This document shows, piece after piece, positions 59,546-64,000 of a stretch of DNA of 64,000 nucleotides (positions are counted from its first letter, which is position 1; the number at the start of each line of letters is the position of its first letter). Below the pieces are notes generated by a model. The model saw only the letters and a program-made list of their open reading frames with translations, was not told the origin of the DNA and did not search any database. Made by a program: the position numbers and the translations under genes. The stretch is from Chrysemys picta bellii. Its lineage: Eukaryota. The DNA is taken from the NCBI RefSeq assembly GCF_011386835.1, contig NC_088806.1, positions 31,496,001 to 31,560,000 on the forward strand. Reading direction: 5' to 3'.

Positions 59546-60615
59546 CCATCAGCTCCTGCTCAAACAAGTCAGCCTCACTGCCCTCCCACGGCTGGGAACA
59601 GAGCCCAGGAATCCTTGTTCCTGGTTCCCTGCTCCTTCAAGCAGCTGGACTCCACTGCCTTTGACTGAAATATTAAAAATCGTTTAAAACAGAGTAGGGA
59701 AATCCTGGCAGTGTGTCCAGGCAGGTCTCCAGCAGGCAGGGCATGTCCCACAGATAAAGAGTGCAAGGCAGATTAGGAGACAATGACTAGTCAAGAGACT
59801 GAATTTCAAACCCAACAAAGAGCCTTCAGAGAAGGCTGGACAATGGCAGATGATTCACCCACTCTCCTCACCCCCTCTCAGTTCCTGTTCCTGGGCAGCA
59901 GCCCTCATTGGCCAGCCCCTGTCTTTCATTCACACTTTGATGGGAGAAGCACAAAAGCCCCAACATTAATTAACCTTTTCTGCAGACCATGAAAGCCAAG
60001 GCCCTGCTCTTCCTGTATTTCCTGAGAGGTGGGTGGGACTCAGCCAGACATTTCCAGTGCTGGAGTCAATCTCTTTGCTTACTTAGCAAGCGCAGTGGTC
60101 TCTCCCACAGCTTGGCCCTTTGAAGATCACACTTCAGTCTAACAAAGAGTCCAAGCAAGCTCTAGTCCAAGGACCTTACAGCAAGTCCTGCCTCTGTCTC
60201 ATGGGTCTCTCACCCCATACCGCCATGGGTTTCACCCCACGTTCCTCAGAGGCTGGCAGGGGAACTCAGGCCCTCCCTCTATGCTGGTGTCCAGCCCAGG
60301 GACCCTGTAGCTGGCAGTTAAAGTCTCCTCCCTCTGACTCCTAGGCTGCTTCCCATCTCTTCTGTTCCCCACAGAGTGACTGTAACCCCTGTCTTTGTCT
60401 TTAGCTGATTTTTGATGCAGCAGCCTCATCATACAGCTCCTTCCTATTGCAAACTACCTGGCTTTATAATGACTATGACCCAGTCCCTCCCCAGCTGGGC
60501 TTCACCATCAATTAACTGCTCTCTCCAACCAGGTATGTTAATTGGCCTCTCAGGCCCCCATTAGCCCCTTCCGGGCCTGTGTGGGGTACACACCCCATCA
60601 CAGGGTCAACCCCAG

Positions 60616-61147
60616 GATGACTGAGCCACCAGTGTGAGGCGGCTGTGAAAAAGGCAAATGCGATGTGAGGCTGTATCAGGTGAGGTATTTCCAGTAGAGC
60701 TAGAAAAGTATTAATACCATTGCACAAGGACTGGTGAGACCTCATCTGGAGTCCTGCACACAGTTCTGATCACCCATGCTCCAGAAAGAAGAATTTAAAC
60801 TAGAACAGGTGTGAAGAAGAGCTACACGGATGATGAGGGGAATGGAGGGCCTGTCTTATGAGAGGAGCCTTCTTCTGCAGAGTATGGATGCGGGTCATTG
60901 CCAGGATTATCTATGTGTATCCCATTTCCCTGCCATTGCAGAGGTCTTGGGCACTGGTGCACTTCAGTCCCTCCTGTTCTCTGCCTGTGGCATGTAATAG
61001 TCTATTTTCCTGAGGGCTGTAATACTTTGGTCTCGTTTCAGTTGTTGGGTTCATTGTGCAGGTGCTGGATGGTGCTGGTGGCCTGTCACGTACAGGAGGT
61101 CAGAGTAGATGATTAGGTGGTTCCTTCTGGCCTTAAACTCTGACTCT
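60616..61147 (+). mobile_element. CR1 LINE 3' fragment, internally deleted
   Basis: Decayed ORF2 (HQCEAAVKKANA...LVRPHLE...RRATRM), followed by a 3' UTR ending ccttctggccttaaactctgact. Confidence 0.85.
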
Positions 61148-61727
61148 TGCAGTACTTTTATTAACCTCCAACAGCCTGTGCAATGTCCAGGGGGGCTGAA
61201 AGCCAGGGGTTTAGCTCACCTGTCTGTACTCGCAATAAAGGCAATTCACAGTGTTAGTATCACAGACAGCCACCCTGGGCCAATGGGGGCGGCTGGGCCT
61301 GGCTGGAAGCTTATGGGAAGAGTCCGTTCTTAATCTGCAGCGTCTCCTGTCTAACCTTTCGCCGGCTCAGCAAGTCTGATCAGGATCACGCCCCAGGCGC
61401 TGCTGGTTAAAGAGAAGCCCTGAGTGCAATTTTGAAAGAAGATGACATAAATAAAATTTCCACTAGCTACAAATAGCATCTCATTACAGGTAGTGCAGCA
61501 AGCCCAACATAGTCATAGTTCCCTGGAGCCTTTAAATAATGAATTTCCAGGAAAAAAAGAAGAACCTGAGCTGGATTTCCCAAGCCAGCTGGGGCTGGAG
61601 TCTGGGCATATCTGCTGGGAGGAGGAGCAAAGCCAGATACAGGAAGGGCTGTGAGAGGAGATTATGAACTGGTCTCTGTGCCCCTGATGATATGATACAT
61701 CCCCTGGTCTGGCTTCTGTGGCCATTA

Positions 61728-62218
61728 GAGGTGTGTCTACACTAGCCTTTTTCCTTACAATCTCCTTGCACTCTCACAGCACCCATGCAGCGCCACCAGG
61801 GGCAGCCAGAGAGAGCGCTAACGTTTGAAGCCCTGTACCAGGTAACTCTGTTTGGAGCAGGTCCAGGCGACACATGAAGATGTCGGCACCTTGCCCTCAG
61901 TAACGCCCCCAAAGGTGTAGCTGCACCAGTGTTAGCAAGGAGGGGAAATGTCAGGGTGACAAGGTCAGCGTAGAAGGCCTGGGCTTCACCTACAACTTAG
62001 GTCAGGGTAGCTACATCGCTCAGAGCTGTGAACAATTTCAACCTCCCCCGCAGTGTAGTCACAGCTTGGTCAAGGAAAGAATTCTTCAGTTGACCTAGCT
62101 ACAGTGGATTTACTAGAGTGAGGGAGAAACCCTTCCTTCGCTGTAGCGTCTACGCTTTAGTGCTACAGTGGCGCAGCTGCAGCCCTGCGGCGCTTTGCTG
62201 TTGTAGTGTCGCATACCC
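61728..62218. mobile_element. PIF/Harbinger-type MITE, degenerate
   Basis: ggtgtgtctacactag at the left, gtagtgtcgcataccc at the right, with internal ctgtagcgtctac motifs. Confidence 0.5.
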
Positions 62219-63224
62219 TGAGGATTGGCCTCTCCCCAGCCCTTGGAGGAGGAGAACTGTGCTCCCGTGGGCTCCCCTGGGATGTCCAGATTTGGAAAGA
62301 AAGAGAGTTCCCCGGGCCCTAGCAGGCTACACGGGAGAGGAGAGGATGTTGAAGACGTAGGCGCCCCCCCTGGTGGAATTGTGTGGCTCTTACACTGATG
62401 ATAAAACACAGACATCTCAACTTCCCCAAACCCACAGCTTCCAATGCTGCCTTTGTTCGCTTGGCTCTCTCCCTCCCAGGCAGATCCTACACTAGCTTCC
62501 AGGCTCTTTAACGTGCGGGGGTCTTTGGGACAAGATTTGACAAACTAACGTCCCAGCTGCCCTTGGCAGCTTTTACAGGAGAAGGGGTTTATCTCAACAC
62601 CCCCTTCCATCTGCATTGTGCTGGCTGCTGTTCGGCCCTGTAAACATGAAAAATGAATGTTACTGGAAATAGGCAAATATAAATTCAGGTTTGCAACAGA
62701 AGTATAAATACCAAATGAAAATACGGGCTTGCTTTGAAATCCCACACCGAGCTGCTTGCATGAAAGTGAGACAATGAGCAAAACAGTCAAACAAGTTCCT
62801 GTTTGGAGCAGATTGGCAATTCCAGCCTTGACCCTCCTGAGCCCTAGACTGTCCCAGGGCCAAAGCCAGAGCTGTCGCACATGGAAGAGGAGCCTCTTTA
62901 CAGTTAATAGAACAACTGATGCATGTTAAATAACCCAGTGGAATTCTTCCCTGAGGCTGAGCCCCTGAATCCTGCACTAGGGTCACTGTCTACTGGATGC
63001 AGCGCTCTCCTCCCCCGTGCGTGCTCGTTCATCAACGATCATTTTATCAGCACCGGATAAATGGATGCACTTTGGGGGAAGCTTCATGTAAAGCATCAGC
63101 CAGGACATTTCACTCCTCAACGCTGTTCTCCAGGCTCACTTCTTTGGGTGGGGGGGGACACCCTGCTTCCATGGACAGGGTTCTTGGCAGCTGGAGCGAG
63201 GAGTCACCGAGGGTCTGAGCTGAT

Positions 63225-63349
63225 TAGGGGTGCCAAGTTTGCTTGGACGTATTCCTGGAGGTTTCATCACCTGACATGATCTTTAATCAAAGATTCATCT
63301 TTAATTCCTGGAGACTCTCCTGGAAAATCCTGGAGGGTTGGCAACCCTA
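63225..63349. mobile_element. hAT MITE (older)
   Basis: TAGGGGTGCCAA / TTGGCAACCCTA termini; flanks GAGCTGAT/GATCGGAT match at 6 of 8. Confidence 0.65.
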
Positions 63350-63646
63350 GATCGGATGCTTATCCCCTGCCCTGCCCCAGGTCCCATAGGGCTGTCACTA
63401 GGGGATCCAGCTGAATCATGTGCATAGACAACAGGGACTGGAGGGGGCTAAAAACCAAAACCGATTTTGGGATTGCATTAGTCACTAAAGGAAACACTGT
63501 GTGTGGAACAGAAGTTCCTTTATCTCACTTTGTTAAAAATGAACAAATTTAATCTGGTACAAAGCTGCTCATTGCAGCGCTATTCAAGAGCTATTAGTAT
63601 ATTAATTTTTTAACTCTAGCCCCCAAATAAAAAAGTTAGCTACACC

Positions 63647-63770
63647 TAGGGTGACCAGATGTCCCAATTTTATAGGGACAGTACAGATTTTTGGGTCTTT
63701 TTCTTATATAGGCTCCTATTACCCCCCACCTCCTATCCTGATTTTTCACATTTGCTGCCTGGTCACCTTA
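63647..63770. mobile_element. hAT MITE, same family as 8838-8960, opposite orientation
   Basis: TAGGGTGACCAGA / CCTGGTCACCTTA; TSD GCTACACC/TCTACACC (7 of 8). Confidence 0.88.
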
Positions 63771-64000
63771 TCTACACCCCTGTGCATGACCAGGGCCCAG
63801 GTTTGTTGCTTTTCTGCTCTGGGCAAGGAGCTGCCGCTCTGTTAGTCACAAATTCTACCACTAGAGGGAGAAGAGCCACCATCTCCAGCTCATAGTGAAC
63901 TTTCCTGCGTGACGAACAGGGTGCGTTTTCTCATTCTGTAATCAGCCAGCGGGCCAGGAGATTGGGAAATGGACACAGAGCCCTGCCCCACCACATCACA

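Noticed and set aside
62361-62376. Second CTCF-like motif (CCACCAGGGGGGGCGC on the minus strand)
   Set aside because: Two extra G residues displace the 3' GC part of the core, so it is too weak to call.
56100-64000. First exons of CD3E, expected by synteny on the plus strand beyond MPZL2
   Set aside because: No convincing signal-peptide exon with a donor or CD3-like sequence was found; the gene is probably beyond the window.

Overview
Vertebrate (non-avian reptile, very probably turtle) genomic DNA. It carries a tandem, all-minus-strand cluster of MPZ/P0-like V-set immunoglobulin genes in the same order as human 11q23.3: SCN2B (exon 4 cut by the left edge), JAML/AMICA1, MPZL3 and MPZL2/EVA1. 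All coding exons were reconstructed by hand with GT-AG sites and consistent phases. SCN2B: 7652-7721, 2743-2909, 1222-1432, <1-80. JAML: 19745-19793, 17692-17855, 16656-16881, 15982-16120, 15075-15135, 13438-13533, 12819-13052 (322 aa). MPZL3: 36599-36653, 33726-33892, 31817-32027, 30491-30656, 29684-29747, 27527-27553 (229 aa). MPZL2: 56009-56081, 48879-49045, 47658-47868, 47254-47398, 45367-45427 (218 aa). The turtle call rests on a tRNA-derived SINE with a CR1-like tail and on the Penelope, Harbinger, hAT and CR1 families present. Main points of interest: (1) JAML has one Ig domain where mammals have two, plus an extra ITIM-like tyrosine motif. (2) Six minimal hammerhead-ribozyme motifs from Penelope-like elements lie in or near MPZL2/MPZL3, including a young insertion with near-perfect 421-bp inverted ends and a TSD. 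(3) A candidate 8-nt frame-switching microexon in MPZL3. (4) Three perfect GTAAGT donors after the MPZL2 stop codon that straddle the NMD threshold. (5) An apparent start-codon turnover in MPZL2. Homology and repeat-family names, and human exon sizes, come from recall of known sequences; no database search was run.
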